Virus record (IMG/VR): IMGVR_UViG_3300009164_000039 | DNA length: 64,000 nt | DNA from: a virus | Strand: one strand, 5' to 3' | In this document: positions 21,243-30,675 of the stretch, one piece after another | How the letters are laid out: every line of letters begins with the position of its first letter | Numbering within the stretch: the stretch's first letter is position 1 | Position numbers and translations under genes: made by a program | Notes under the pieces: generated by a model | The model's input: the letters and a program-made list of their open reading frames with translations, nothing else | Databases searched by the model: none | What the model was told of the DNA's origin: nothing

Positions 21243-21563
21243 ATGGATGTCAATAAACTAAAAATTCAAGCTGATCAGGCATTTGATCGAGACACTGCAC
21301 GACTAGCACTAAAAGAAAAGATTGATGCACGACTGTGTGTGGCCATCAATGGCGGACTGTTTCGAGCCACGCCCGAACTCATTGCATTCCTCAGCACCTG
21401 GCCAATAGAAACTGTTTATCTCCAAGACATACACGATCAGCCCATTGAACTAGATCGTGTGCTTGCGCTGGCCCAGCTGAGCCAAGCATATCAATATGCC
21501 ATGAACTCCTGGCACGAAGAACACACTCAACAGCAAAAAATCAGGAAAGGTCGTCATGCGTGA
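21243..21563 (+). CDS. Hypothetical protein
   Basis: 106-aa ORF, first gene of a chain of overlapping ORFs running to 38040. Confidence 0.7.
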   Translation: MDVNKLKIQADQAFDRDTARLALKEKIDARLCVAINGGLFRATPELIAFLSTWPIETVYLQDIHDQPIELDRVLALAQLSQAYQYAMNSWHEEHTQQQKIRKGRHA

Positions 21564-22356
21564 TGGTGCTCTTGTATTTGCTCATGCCACCGCAGTAGAC
21601 TATCTGCAAATGGCTCAGGTTGCGGCTCGACTAGTACGCAGGCATTTGAACATGCCTGTGTGCCTGGTAACAGATGGTGATGTTGAGTCCACAGCATTTG
21701 ATCAAGTTGTGCATGTACCAAAACCCTTAGCAATGAATCAACGCAACTACTGGGTCAACGGTGTCAAAAAAACAGCACCCTGGTACAACAGTACCAGATC
21801 AATGGCGCTGGATCTGTCACCATGGGATCGCACACTGTTGATTGATGCAGATTACTTTGTGATGTCTGACCAATTGAAACTGCTACAAAAAACAAATCTA
21901 GGTTTTGTGTGTTATACAAATGCACATGACATTCGCGACAACAAACCAATTGATGTCAGTTGTGGCTATCGGCACATGGCCTGGGCCACAGTGTGTTGGT
22001 TTGATAGATCAGAGCATTCGCAAGGTGTGTTTGCCATGTGGAAGCACGTGGTAAAAAATTGGGCCTACTATAATCTTGCCAATGACTTTGGCAAACCGGG
22101 CTTGCGTAACGACCATGCGTTAACTATTGCATTAGAAACAATGAGCGGACATTCTGCCACGTATCCAACCATACCAGGATCAATGGCCACAGTTGTACCC
22201 GGTACACAACTGTATGATATTAGAGCAGATGGCACAGTGTTATTCAAAACACATGATAAATTTTCATTAATCAAAAATCAAGACTTGCACATGGTAGACA
22301 AACAGATTGCATGCGACTCGCAATGGTTAGAATTGTTAGAGGCAGTTCATGCGTGA
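21556..22356 (+). CDS. Glycosyltransferase, GT-A fold (GT8-like)
   Basis: DxD motif in 'RTLLIDADYFV'; 'RNDHALTIA' resembles the GT8 'DQ' region. Confidence 0.6.
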   Translation: MRDGALVFAHATAVDYLQMAQVAARLVRRHLNMPVCLVTDGDVESTAFDQVVHVPKPLAMNQRNYWVNGVKKTAPWYNSTRSMALDLSPWDRTLLIDADYFVMSDQLKLLQKTNLGFVCYTNAHDIRDNKPIDVSCGYRHMAWATVCWFDRSEHSQGVFAMWKHVVKNWAYYNLANDFGKPGLRNDHALTIALETMSGHSATYPTIPGSMATVVPGTQLYDIRADGTVLFKTHDKFSLIKNQDLHMVDKQIACDSQWLELLEAVHA

Positions 22357-23221
22357 GTTTGCAGGAGAGCAAGGCTACTTGACATTTGCACAAAACACTG
22401 ACACAGTTGACTATCTACGACTGGCATACGCACAAGCATTGAGTATCAAATGCACACAGAAGATCAACAGTTATGCAGTGATAGTTGATGCATACACAGC
22501 TGAACAAATACAACACTGCCATAGGAAAGTGTTTGACTACATCATAGTACTAGAGCAAGATGATGCCAAAGAACATGACTGGAAGCTGGCAAACGAATGG
22601 CAAGCATTTGATCTTACACCATTTAGAGAAACGGTCAAACTAGAATCCGACATATTGTTTACCAGGAACATTGACCATTGGTGGACAGGCATGCGATCAC
22701 AAGAAGTCACATTCACTACCTGCATACGCAACTATCGCGGCCAAGTAAGCAACAGTAGAGAATATAGAAGATTGTTTGATGAAAGCAATTTACCTGATAT
22801 CTATACCGGCATGTTTTATTTTAGACACAGTCAAACAGCACGTGATCTATTTAATGCAGCCGCCACAGTGTACCAGCAATGGCCCATGTTTAGGGACAGT
22901 GTGTTAACTAGATGCAATAGCAAACACGCCTCAACAGACGAAGCCTTTGCAGTAGCCGCCAAATTAATCGGTGTAGAACGTGTGACTAATCCTGCACTTG
23001 ATTATCCAAGTTTTGTGCATATGAAAGGTGCAGTCAATGGGTTGGGCGCAAATGACAAGTGGAATGAATTGTTGTTTCATCAATGGACAGATGAAATGGA
23101 TCTAAGCATTGAGTTTCTTCGCCAACAGTATCCAGTACACTATTATCAAAAAGATTTTGTCACAGATAAAACAATAGGTGCATATGAACAAAGATTATCC
23201 AAACTTAATAACAGCGTTTGA
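22349..23221 (+). CDS. Glycosyltransferase-like paralogue (GT8-like)
   Basis: 'DLTPFRETVKLESDILF' aligns with 'DLSPWDRTLLIDADYFV' of the upstream gene; 'TDEAFAVA'. Confidence 0.55.
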   Translation: MREFAGEQGYLTFAQNTDTVDYLRLAYAQALSIKCTQKINSYAVIVDAYTAEQIQHCHRKVFDYIIVLEQDDAKEHDWKLANEWQAFDLTPFRETVKLESDILFTRNIDHWWTGMRSQEVTFTTCIRNYRGQVSNSREYRRLFDESNLPDIYTGMFYFRHSQTARDLFNAAATVYQQWPMFRDSVLTRCNSKHASTDEAFAVAAKLIGVERVTNPALDYPSFVHMKGAVNGLGANDKWNELLFHQWTDEMDLSIEFLRQQYPVHYYQKDFVTDKTIGAYEQRLSKLNNSV

Positions 23222-23531
23222 ATCCTCAACATGGCAACCACCGGTACCTGAATATCGGGTGTACTATGACAAGTCTGGAACCATAACAACCAAAACAACA
23301 GCACCATTGATAGGTGACTATATTGTGGTGTCTAGAGAAATGTATGACAGCATTGTGATGCACACACAGTGGCATGTGATAAATGGACAAGTTGAAATAA
23401 GACCGGTTGTGGAAATCCCACGTCATATGTTACAATACACAGCTGAAGGCCCGTACCGATCACTGCCAGGAAATGCTATATTTTTGGTAGATGACGATTA
23501 TGCTGGCTCCACTGATAATTGGACAATATGA
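23184..23531 (+). CDS. Hypothetical protein
   Basis: ORF overlaps both neighbours in the operon; start could be GTG 23178 or ATG 23184. Confidence 0.6.
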   Translation: MNKDYPNLITAFESSTWQPPVPEYRVYYDKSGTITTKTTAPLIGDYIVVSREMYDSIVMHTQWHVINGQVEIRPVVEIPRHMLQYTAEGPYRSLPGNAIFLVDDDYAGSTDNWTI

Positions 23532-24418
23532 AAACTGTAGACATTGCAGACCTAGATGTAATTTTTCTAACCTACGACGAACCTCGCAGAGAAGAGTCAT
23601 GGGCCAAAATCAAAAACATGGTACCTTGGGCCAAGCGTGTGGATGGCATAAAAGGCAGTGATGCCGCACACAAAGCCGCAGGTGCGGCCAGCGATACAGA
23701 TCGCTTTATACTAATTGACGGCGACAATATTCCTGACCCAGAGTTCTTTAACAAACAAATCACACTGGATCCACATCATGAAAGATGTGTGTTGCGTTGG
23801 AGAGCAAGAAACGCCATCAACGGACTCATGTACGGCAATGGTGGACTCAGCTCGTGGACCAAAAGTTTTGTAGAAAGCATGCGCACACACGAAGCCACTG
23901 ATGGTCGTAATGAAACACTGGTGGAGTTTTGCTTTGAACCTGACTACTGGGCCATGCATGACTGCTACTCAACCACGTATCCTAATGCCAGTCCATTTCA
24001 GGCCTGGCGAGCAGGCTTCCGTGAAGGTGTTAAAATGTGTCTGGATCGCGGAGCAAGACCCAACTTGGACGAGTTTGAAAAACGTGCCCACAATCGTAAT
24101 CTTGATCATTTGACCATTTGGCAAAGTGTGGGTGCTGATGCAGAGAATGGCTTCTGGGCCATATACGGTGCTAGACGTGGCACACAAATGACCATGCTTA
24201 CAGACTGGGATTACACCCAGGTACAAGACTTTGATGAACTGGCAAAACTTTGGACTGTGTACCAAAATGACGGCCCTGACGAATGCACTGAAGTAGGCAA
24301 CATGCTACGCAAACGCCTGGGACTTAACATTGTGGATCTAGACCCCGAACCCAGTGCATTTTTCAAACATCACTACAAGTCAAATTTTGTCAATAGAGGA
24401 ATAATGAGTCGTGAGTAA
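23528..24418 (+). CDS. Glycosyltransferase-like protein (GT2-like fold)
   Basis: 'DVIFLTYDEP...RVDGIKG...AHKAA...RFILIDGDN' with DxD; ATGA-coupled to the upstream gene. Confidence 0.6.
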   Translation: MKTVDIADLDVIFLTYDEPRREESWAKIKNMVPWAKRVDGIKGSDAAHKAAGAASDTDRFILIDGDNIPDPEFFNKQITLDPHHERCVLRWRARNAINGLMYGNGGLSSWTKSFVESMRTHEATDGRNETLVEFCFEPDYWAMHDCYSTTYPNASPFQAWRAGFREGVKMCLDRGARPNLDEFEKRAHNRNLDHLTIWQSVGADAENGFWAIYGARRGTQMTMLTDWDYTQVQDFDELAKLWTVYQNDGPDECTEVGNMLRKRLGLNIVDLDPEPSAFFKHHYKSNFVNRGIMSRE

Positions 24419-25793
24419 AAGTGATTTCATGACAGCCGCAGAACAAATGCGCCACACACTAGGCGAAGGTCTTTGCTTGGCCAAATGGAAACAGGTTAGC
24501 TTGCACTTGCCCACAGGATTGAACAATTCATGCTATCATCCTCCACTACACAAGATTCCTGTGGAACTGCTAGCAGGCAATCCTGGCGCACTGCACAATA
24601 CTCCACATAAAAAAGCTCAGCGCAAGATCATGTTGAAACATGAACGTCCAGACGAGTGTAGTTACTGCTGGTCAGCAGAAGACAATGGACAACTCAGTGA
24701 CAGGCACTACAGGTCAGGCGAGGAGTGGGCCGCAGAGGATCTTGACAAGATATTGGCCTCAACCGGAGACGAAGATGCATTACCTAGCTATGTGGAAGTT
24801 AATTTTAATCATGCTTGTAATCTTAAATGTAGCTATTGCAGTCCGCAATTTAGTTCAAGCTGGGCCGCTGAAGTTGCACAACATGGCGGATTCCCTACGT
24901 CCAGCCCTCACAATAGTCCTGAGTATTTTACTGGTAGTCGTCGCCCTATTCCTGCCCGAGAACACAACCCCTACGTTGATACCTTCTGGGAATGGTGGCC
25001 AGAGCTGTACCCCAAGCTAAGACATTTTAGAATGACAGGTGGTGAGCCACTGATGGATCACAATACCTATCGTGTGTTTGAATACGTGCTGACCTTGCCG
25101 CATCCATTGTTGCATTTGGATGTGACCAGCAACTTCAGTGTGGAGCCTGTGTTGTTTGAAAAGTATCTTGGCTATGTCAAACAGTTATGCAACACACAGA
25201 TTGAACACTTCATGCAGTATGTGAGCCTGGACACCTGGGGCAGTCAAGCAGAGTACATACGCAATGGCATGGACTTTGTGAGAGTGTGTGACTATGTGGA
25301 ACGCTATTTAGAGGAAGTACCCAATCGCAACAGCCTTACGTTTATCATGACCATGAACAATCTCAGTGTCACGGGCATGCATGACATGCTGGATTGGATA
25401 CTGGAACTACGTGCCAAGTACAGTAAAACATATCAGCGTGTGTGGTTTGACACACCGTTGCTGAGACAACCACGTTGGCAAAGCCTGCAGATACTGCCGC
25501 CTGCGTATGCCAACAGAATGAAAATAAACCTAGAGTTCATGCGAGCACACCTAATCACAGATGATAGTTTTGTGGGATTCAAAGATTATGAAATACAGCG
25601 CATGGAACGAGACATTGCCTGGATGACTGAGCCACAAGACGCACAAGAAGTCAATCATGCACGTGCTGACTTCTATAGATTCTTCAACGAACACGACCGT
25701 AGACGCGGTACTAACTTTTTACAAACATTTCCAGAGATGAGCCATTTCTGGTGGGAATGCAAACATCATGCCGAAACTGAACAACGAAACTGA
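24411..25793 (+). CDS. Radical SAM protein with N-terminal twitch/SPASM-like domain (1 of 6)
   Basis: CNLKCSYC motif; 'TGGEPL'; N-terminal 'CLAKW...SCYHP...ECSYCW'. Confidence 0.9.
   Translation: MSKSDFMTAAEQMRHTLGEGLCLAKWKQVSLHLPTGLNNSCYHPPLHKIPVELLAGNPGALHNTPHKKAQRKIMLKHERPDECSYCWSAEDNGQLSDRHYRSGEEWAAEDLDKILASTGDEDALPSYVEVNFNHACNLKCSYCSPQFSSSWAAEVAQHGGFPTSSPHNSPEYFTGSRRPIPAREHNPYVDTFWEWWPELYPKLRHFRMTGGEPLMDHNTYRVFEYVLTLPHPLLHLDVTSNFSVEPVLFEKYLGYVKQLCNTQIEHFMQYVSLDTWGSQAEYIRNGMDFVRVCDYVERYLEEVPNRNSLTFIMTMNNLSVTGMHDMLDWILELRAKYSKTYQRVWFDTPLLRQPRWQSLQILPPAYANRMKINLEFMRAHLITDDSFVGFKDYEIQRMERDIAWMTEPQDAQEVNHARADFYRFFNEHDRRRGTNFLQTFPEMSHFWWECKHHAETEQRN
24775..25020 (+). CDS. Overprinted 81-aa two-TM membrane protein (+1 frame inside radical SAM gene 1)
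   Basis: GGAG at 24765-24768, 6 nt before ATG 24775. Hydrophobic segments 'LILIMLVILNVAIAV' and 'ALTIVLSILLVVVALFL'. Local switch of the host gene to T-ending codons. Confidence 0.55.
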   Translation: MHYLAMWKLILIMLVILNVAIAVRNLVQAGPLKLHNMADSLRPALTIVLSILLVVVALFLPENTTPTLIPSGNGGQSCTPS

Positions 25794-27123
25794 TATAGAA
25801 TTCAAACGCAGAGTGATTGACATCAAGTCAACCAGCTTCTGCGGAGCCAAATGGTACAATGCTACCATATGGTTGGGTAGTGGACAAACAACCAGCTGCC
25901 ACCACCCACCTGCACACTCAATTGACTTGCAAGAAATAAAAACCAATCCTGCCGCACTGCACAATACCACTCGTAAAAAAGCTGATCGTGAAATGATGCA
26001 AAAAGGTGAACGCCCAGCAGGCTGTGAATACTGCTGGAAGATAGAAGACATGGGCCCTGAGTCTGTCAGTGACCGTGTGTACAAAACTGTAATACATTCC
26101 GAGGAGGACCTAAATGTTGCATTTGCCAGACCCAGCTACACAGACTTCAACCTTCGCACGTTGGAAATTGCGTTTGACAGAACTTGTCAGTTCGCTTGTT
26201 CTTATTGCAACCCTGCTTTTAGTAGCACATGGGTTAAGGACATTGGTAATAACGGGCCATACACAGGATTGGTATCTGACGGCAGGAACCATTTTACTCA
26301 CGCTCATGATAGTAGTCAACTGTATAAATTCAATGAAGTTAATCCGTACGTGGAAGCATTCTTCCAGTGGTGGGAAACAGATCTCCACCAGACACTAACA
26401 GAGCTTCGCATCACCGGAGGCGAGCCACTCATGTCAGGCTACACCTGGCAGCTGATTGACTGGTTCAAAGCCAATCAAGGCAAGAGCCATACCAAACTGG
26501 CCATCAACAGCAATCTTGGCATGGAGCCGGTCAAGATGCTGGATTTTATTCGGCGTGTGGAAGGTATTCCGCATCTGGAAATCTACACCAGCAACGAAGC
26601 ACTGGGCGCACAAGCAGAGTATATTCGTGACGGATTGAATTACCGGCAATGGCTCAGCAACATGGAGATGTTGATCAATTCAGGCGCAGTAAATCAAATG
26701 CATGTGATGTGTACAGTCAATGCATTGTGTCTGGAAAGCCTGCCTGAATTTTTAGATGAATTGGTTGTGTTGAAGAAAAAGTACAGCAGAGACTTTCCTA
26801 ACTTCACGTTGAACATCTTGCGTTTTCCTAGTTTTCAAAGTCCACTGGTATTACCATATGAGATTAGACAAAAGCATGCAGACCGCCTGGCACAGTTTTT
26901 GGTACGCCACAAAGGACAAAACTACTTGCATGAGCATGAGATAAACCACGTGGAACGTCTAGTAAAGTATTTGCTTGAAGTAGATACACCTCATGCAGAA
27001 GCATTTGAAATGCCTAAATTGTTGAATGACTTCCGACAGTTTTATATCCAATATGATCAGCGCCGCGGAAAAAACTTTGTAAATACATTCCCGGCTCTCA
27101 AGGATTGGTATGAAACACTCTAA
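25768..27123 (+). CDS. Radical SAM protein with N-terminal twitch-like domain (2 of 6)
   Basis: CQFACSYC; 'ITGGEPL'; N-terminal 'FCGAKW...SCHHP...GCEYCW'; close paralogue of 24411..25793. Confidence 0.9.
   Translation: MPKLNNETDIEFKRRVIDIKSTSFCGAKWYNATIWLGSGQTTSCHHPPAHSIDLQEIKTNPAALHNTTRKKADREMMQKGERPAGCEYCWKIEDMGPESVSDRVYKTVIHSEEDLNVAFARPSYTDFNLRTLEIAFDRTCQFACSYCNPAFSSTWVKDIGNNGPYTGLVSDGRNHFTHAHDSSQLYKFNEVNPYVEAFFQWWETDLHQTLTELRITGGEPLMSGYTWQLIDWFKANQGKSHTKLAINSNLGMEPVKMLDFIRRVEGIPHLEIYTSNEALGAQAEYIRDGLNYRQWLSNMEMLINSGAVNQMHVMCTVNALCLESLPEFLDELVVLKKKYSRDFPNFTLNILRFPSFQSPLVLPYEIRQKHADRLAQFLVRHKGQNYLHEHEINHVERLVKYLLEVDTPHAEAFEMPKLLNDFRQFYIQYDQRRGKNFVNTFPALKDWYETL
26114..26398 (+). CDS. Overprinted 94-aa two-TM membrane protein (+1 frame inside radical SAM gene 2)
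   Basis: GAGGAGG at 26101-26107, 6 nt before ATG 26114, which follows an in-frame TAA. TM-like 'LVSSLVLIATLLLVAHGL' and 'YLTAGTILLTLMIVVNCI'. Confidence 0.6.
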   Translation: MLHLPDPATQTSTFARWKLRLTELVSSLVLIATLLLVAHGLRTLVITGHTQDWYLTAGTILLTLMIVVNCINSMKLIRTWKHSSSGGKQISTRH

Positions 27124-28324
27124 GACATTTTGCATATTGCCATGGATACATCTTCATGCATTCCCTGATGGCCGTGCGTATCCTTGTTGTATGGGAGAAT
27201 ATCACTCACCCATTGGCGATCTTAAAACACACACAATGGAGCAGGTGTGGAATCAAGCGCCACTAGCTACCATGCGAAAGAACATGCTACAGAATGTCAA
27301 GTCCAAAGAGTGTGTCAAATGCTATGAGCTAGAAGAAAATGGTTTTGTCGGCATGCGACAAAGCATGAACCGTGCGTTTGCACATCACATGCCATTGGCA
27401 GATCAAACACTTCCTGATGGCACACTGCCTGACTTTCGACTACGCTACTATGACATTAGATTTAGTAATCTGTGTAATTTCCGTTGCCGCAGTTGTGGCA
27501 GTGTGTTTTCCAGCAACTGGTATGATGACGAAGTTGCCGCACATGGTCAAGTACAGCATCCCAAGATCATGTTTGCTGGCCAACACAAACAAGACATGTG
27601 GGAGCAAATGCAACCGCATATACCACATCTAGAACAAGTGTACTTTGCAGGCGGCGAACCCTTGATCATGGAAGAACATTATCGTGTGCTAAAAGAACTA
27701 GTACAGAGAGAAATGTTTGATGTCAGACTGGTATACAACACCAACTTTAGTGAATTAGATTTCAAAGATGAAAGTGTACTGGAGTTATGGAAACTGTTTA
27801 AGAATGTCAGCGTTGGTGCTAGTCTAGACGCCAGCGGCACACGAGCAGAGTACATTCGCAAAGGCACAGTATGGCACAAGATTGTACACAATAGAGAACG
27901 CATGTTGTCTGTGTGCCCTCAAGTTGACTTCTATATAAGTAGTACCGTGGGCATACTAAATGTATGGCACTTGCCAGACTTTCATCGTGAATGGGTTGAC
28001 TTGGGATTGATACGCCCGCAAGATTTCAACATCAACATGTTACAATCACCTGAATGGCAACGTGCAAATCATCTGTCACCGGAGTTGAAACAACAAGTGA
28101 AAGAACGCATACACAATCACCTTGAGTGGCTTGGTCCATTGGATCACATGAATCGTGCAACCAATGGTTATCGGAGTATTATAAAGTTTATTGATCAACC
28201 TGCTGATGCAGATCAACTAAAAGAGTTTTTTAGAGAAACTGATCAATTTGATCAAATACGCAATGAGAGTTTTGATGCTACCTTTCCTGAACTGACTGGA
28301 TTGAGAGACCATGCTACCAAATAA
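27110..28324 (+). CDS. Radical SAM protein with N-terminal twitch domain (3 of 6)
   Basis: 'FCILPW.H...DGRAYPCC...IGDL...ECVKC', then CNFRCRSC and 'FAGGEPL'. Confidence 0.9.
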   Translation: MKHSKTFCILPWIHLHAFPDGRAYPCCMGEYHSPIGDLKTHTMEQVWNQAPLATMRKNMLQNVKSKECVKCYELEENGFVGMRQSMNRAFAHHMPLADQTLPDGTLPDFRLRYYDIRFSNLCNFRCRSCGSVFSSNWYDDEVAAHGQVQHPKIMFAGQHKQDMWEQMQPHIPHLEQVYFAGGEPLIMEEHYRVLKELVQREMFDVRLVYNTNFSELDFKDESVLELWKLFKNVSVGASLDASGTRAEYIRKGTVWHKIVHNRERMLSVCPQVDFYISSTVGILNVWHLPDFHREWVDLGLIRPQDFNINMLQSPEWQRANHLSPELKQQVKERIHNHLEWLGPLDHMNRATNGYRSIIKFIDQPADADQLKEFFRETDQFDQIRNESFDATFPELTGLRDHATK

Positions 28325-29525
28325 CAATATATGTGTGCTACCGTGGATGAGCATAGAAGTAACCCCAATGGGTAACAGTCGCCCGTGTTGTTTGGCCATT
28401 GATGAAATACCAGACAACACTGGTAAATCCTACGACCTTACCGCAGTGCCTATTCGTGAAGTATATCACAGCAAATACATGCAGGATCTAAGGCAACAGT
28501 TTCGTGCAGGAGAAAAACCCAGCACATGCACACGATGCTGGACAGAAGAATCTGCAGGACGTACCAGCAAACGTATGAACATGTTGGCCAAATTCAACAA
28601 TGATATCCAATCAATTGAATGGGACACAGACACCCCTGAACAATTATGGTTCTTGGATCTTAAACTAGGCAACATCTGTAATCTCAAATGTCGTATCTGT
28701 GGATCCTGGAGCAGTAGTAAATGGGCACAAGAAGAACTAGACTACTACCCAACAGCCACTAGAGAAGAACGCAAAAAACATTCAGCGTATGTATGGCTAC
28801 GTCAGGGTCAGTGGCCACGTGAAAGCATTGACTTTTGGAACAACATTGATCAAGTGCTGCCTGGTGTGCGCTACTATGAATTTACCGGTGGCGAACCATT
28901 CTTGATTCAAGAACATTTTGATTTGTTACAACGCACAGTAGATCAAGGCTATGCATATCTTGTGGATGTACACTACAACACCAATGGCACACAGTATCCA
29001 GAAGCCGCAGTGGAGATGTGGAAAAAGTTCAAGCATGTGAACATTGCATTCAGCATTGACGATCTTGGCGCACGATTTGAATATCAGCGTTATGGCGCCA
29101 ACTGGGCAGAAGTGGAACAAAATCTAGACCGTTACTTAGAGTTAAGCAAAACACACACCAACATCACGCTACAAATGTGTATAACTGCAAATATACAAAA
29201 CGTATTGTACTTGCCTGAAGTCATGGACCATGTGTGGGCAAAAGGTTTTCGTGACGTATACATCAACATGTTACATGATCCAATTCAACTCAACATCAAG
29301 CAAATGACTCCAGTGGCGATTGAACTGGTATGTAACAGACTAAATCAAGTTCCGACCAGCAACAGATTCTATCGTGATTTCCAACAGTTAATAACGGTGA
29401 TACAAACAGGTACTGGTAGTGATGGTCAAGAGTTTTGCAAAACTATCAAACAAGGTGACGTGTATCGCAAACAAAATTTTGCTGACCATCACCCAGACAT
29501 AGCAAAGGCCATGGGATATGAATAA
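28311..29525 (+). CDS. Radical SAM protein with N-terminal twitch domain (4 of 6)
   Basis: 'ICVLPW...RPCC...CTRCW', then CNLKCRIC and 'FTGGEPF'. Confidence 0.9.
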   Translation: MLPNNNICVLPWMSIEVTPMGNSRPCCLAIDEIPDNTGKSYDLTAVPIREVYHSKYMQDLRQQFRAGEKPSTCTRCWTEESAGRTSKRMNMLAKFNNDIQSIEWDTDTPEQLWFLDLKLGNICNLKCRICGSWSSSKWAQEELDYYPTATREERKKHSAYVWLRQGQWPRESIDFWNNIDQVLPGVRYYEFTGGEPFLIQEHFDLLQRTVDQGYAYLVDVHYNTNGTQYPEAAVEMWKKFKHVNIAFSIDDLGARFEYQRYGANWAEVEQNLDRYLELSKTHTNITLQMCITANIQNVLYLPEVMDHVWAKGFRDVYINMLHDPIQLNIKQMTPVAIELVCNRLNQVPTSNRFYRDFQQLITVIQTGTGSDGQEFCKTIKQGDVYRKQNFADHHPDIAKAMGYE

Positions 29526-30675
29526 AGTTATCCCGTTGGTTAATGTTAGTGCATTGCAAGCCCTGACGCCCGCACCTCTTGGTCGCGCAGAGGTTGACTC
29601 TGACTACATGACACGGTATATACAAACTGGAATGGATTTTAACAAGGATCTTGGACTAGCAGGCAAATATTGTTATCACCCATTTAACACAGTCACGATA
29701 GACCATCGAGGTCGTTGCTATGTATGCACCTGTCAGGCATGGTTACCAATCAGCGTAGGTAACATTTTAGATTTTAATTCGCTGAGTGAAATTGTTCACA
29801 GCTCACGTGCTAGAGAGATACAACGAAGTATCGTAGATGGCAGTTATCGTTACTGTGACAATAAAACTTGCGGGTTATTAATCAGCGACGCAATGGAAAC
29901 TAGAATTGAGCACAAACCAGACACTGTGAATTGGATCAATTTCTGTATCGATGACAGTTGCAACTTACAGTGTCCTAGCTGTCGCACAGATTTAATATTT
30001 CATAAACAAGGTCCAGAATTTGATCTACGTATGAAAATATCACAGCATGTGAGCAAGCTGATCAGCGAACACAATCATTTTTTACGATTTACACTAAGCA
30101 ACGATGGGGATCCATTTGCTAGTCATGTGTACAGAAACCTAATGACAACTATTGCGCCACAACTGGTCAATCAGCTGGAGATTGAAATAGTAACTAACGG
30201 CATATTAATGAAGTCACATTGGCACGAAATTGAAAACATATACCCTAACCTCACACTAATCAAAGTCAGTTTTGATGCTGCCACCGAACAAACATACAAC
30301 AAAACACGATGCGGCGGCAGTTGGAACAAAGTAACTGAAAGCACTAGATTTGTAGCTGATTGGCTGGCTCAACGCAAAGCACAGCATCTCAATGCATATA
30401 CTAGATTGGTAGCTAATTTTGTAGTGCAACAAACAAACTATCATGAGATGATTGACTTTGTAACACTGTGCAATTCGTTGGGTGTTGATCAGATCTTGTT
30501 TCAAAAAGTAACTAACTGGAATACGTGGATTGATGCCAACGGCACAGATCAGTACAGCGCACATGCAGTATGGCAACAGTCGCATCCTGAATATCACAAG
30601 CTGAAAGAAATACTAAAAGATCCTGTGTTTCAACAGCACAATGTTAAACTAACTAACCTAGCGGATCTACTATGA
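29518..30675 (+). CDS. Radical SAM protein with N-terminal twitch domain (5 of 6), divergent
   Basis: 'YCYHPF...GRCYVCTC...GNIL...YCDNKTC', then CNLQCPSC; the GGE motif is replaced by 'NDGDPF'. Confidence 0.85.
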   Translation: MNKVIPLVNVSALQALTPAPLGRAEVDSDYMTRYIQTGMDFNKDLGLAGKYCYHPFNTVTIDHRGRCYVCTCQAWLPISVGNILDFNSLSEIVHSSRAREIQRSIVDGSYRYCDNKTCGLLISDAMETRIEHKPDTVNWINFCIDDSCNLQCPSCRTDLIFHKQGPEFDLRMKISQHVSKLISEHNHFLRFTLSNDGDPFASHVYRNLMTTIAPQLVNQLEIEIVTNGILMKSHWHEIENIYPNLTLIKVSFDAATEQTYNKTRCGGSWNKVTESTRFVADWLAQRKAQHLNAYTRLVANFVVQQTNYHEMIDFVTLCNSLGVDQILFQKVTNWNTWIDANGTDQYSAHAVWQQSHPEYHKLKEILKDPVFQQHNVKLTNLADLL

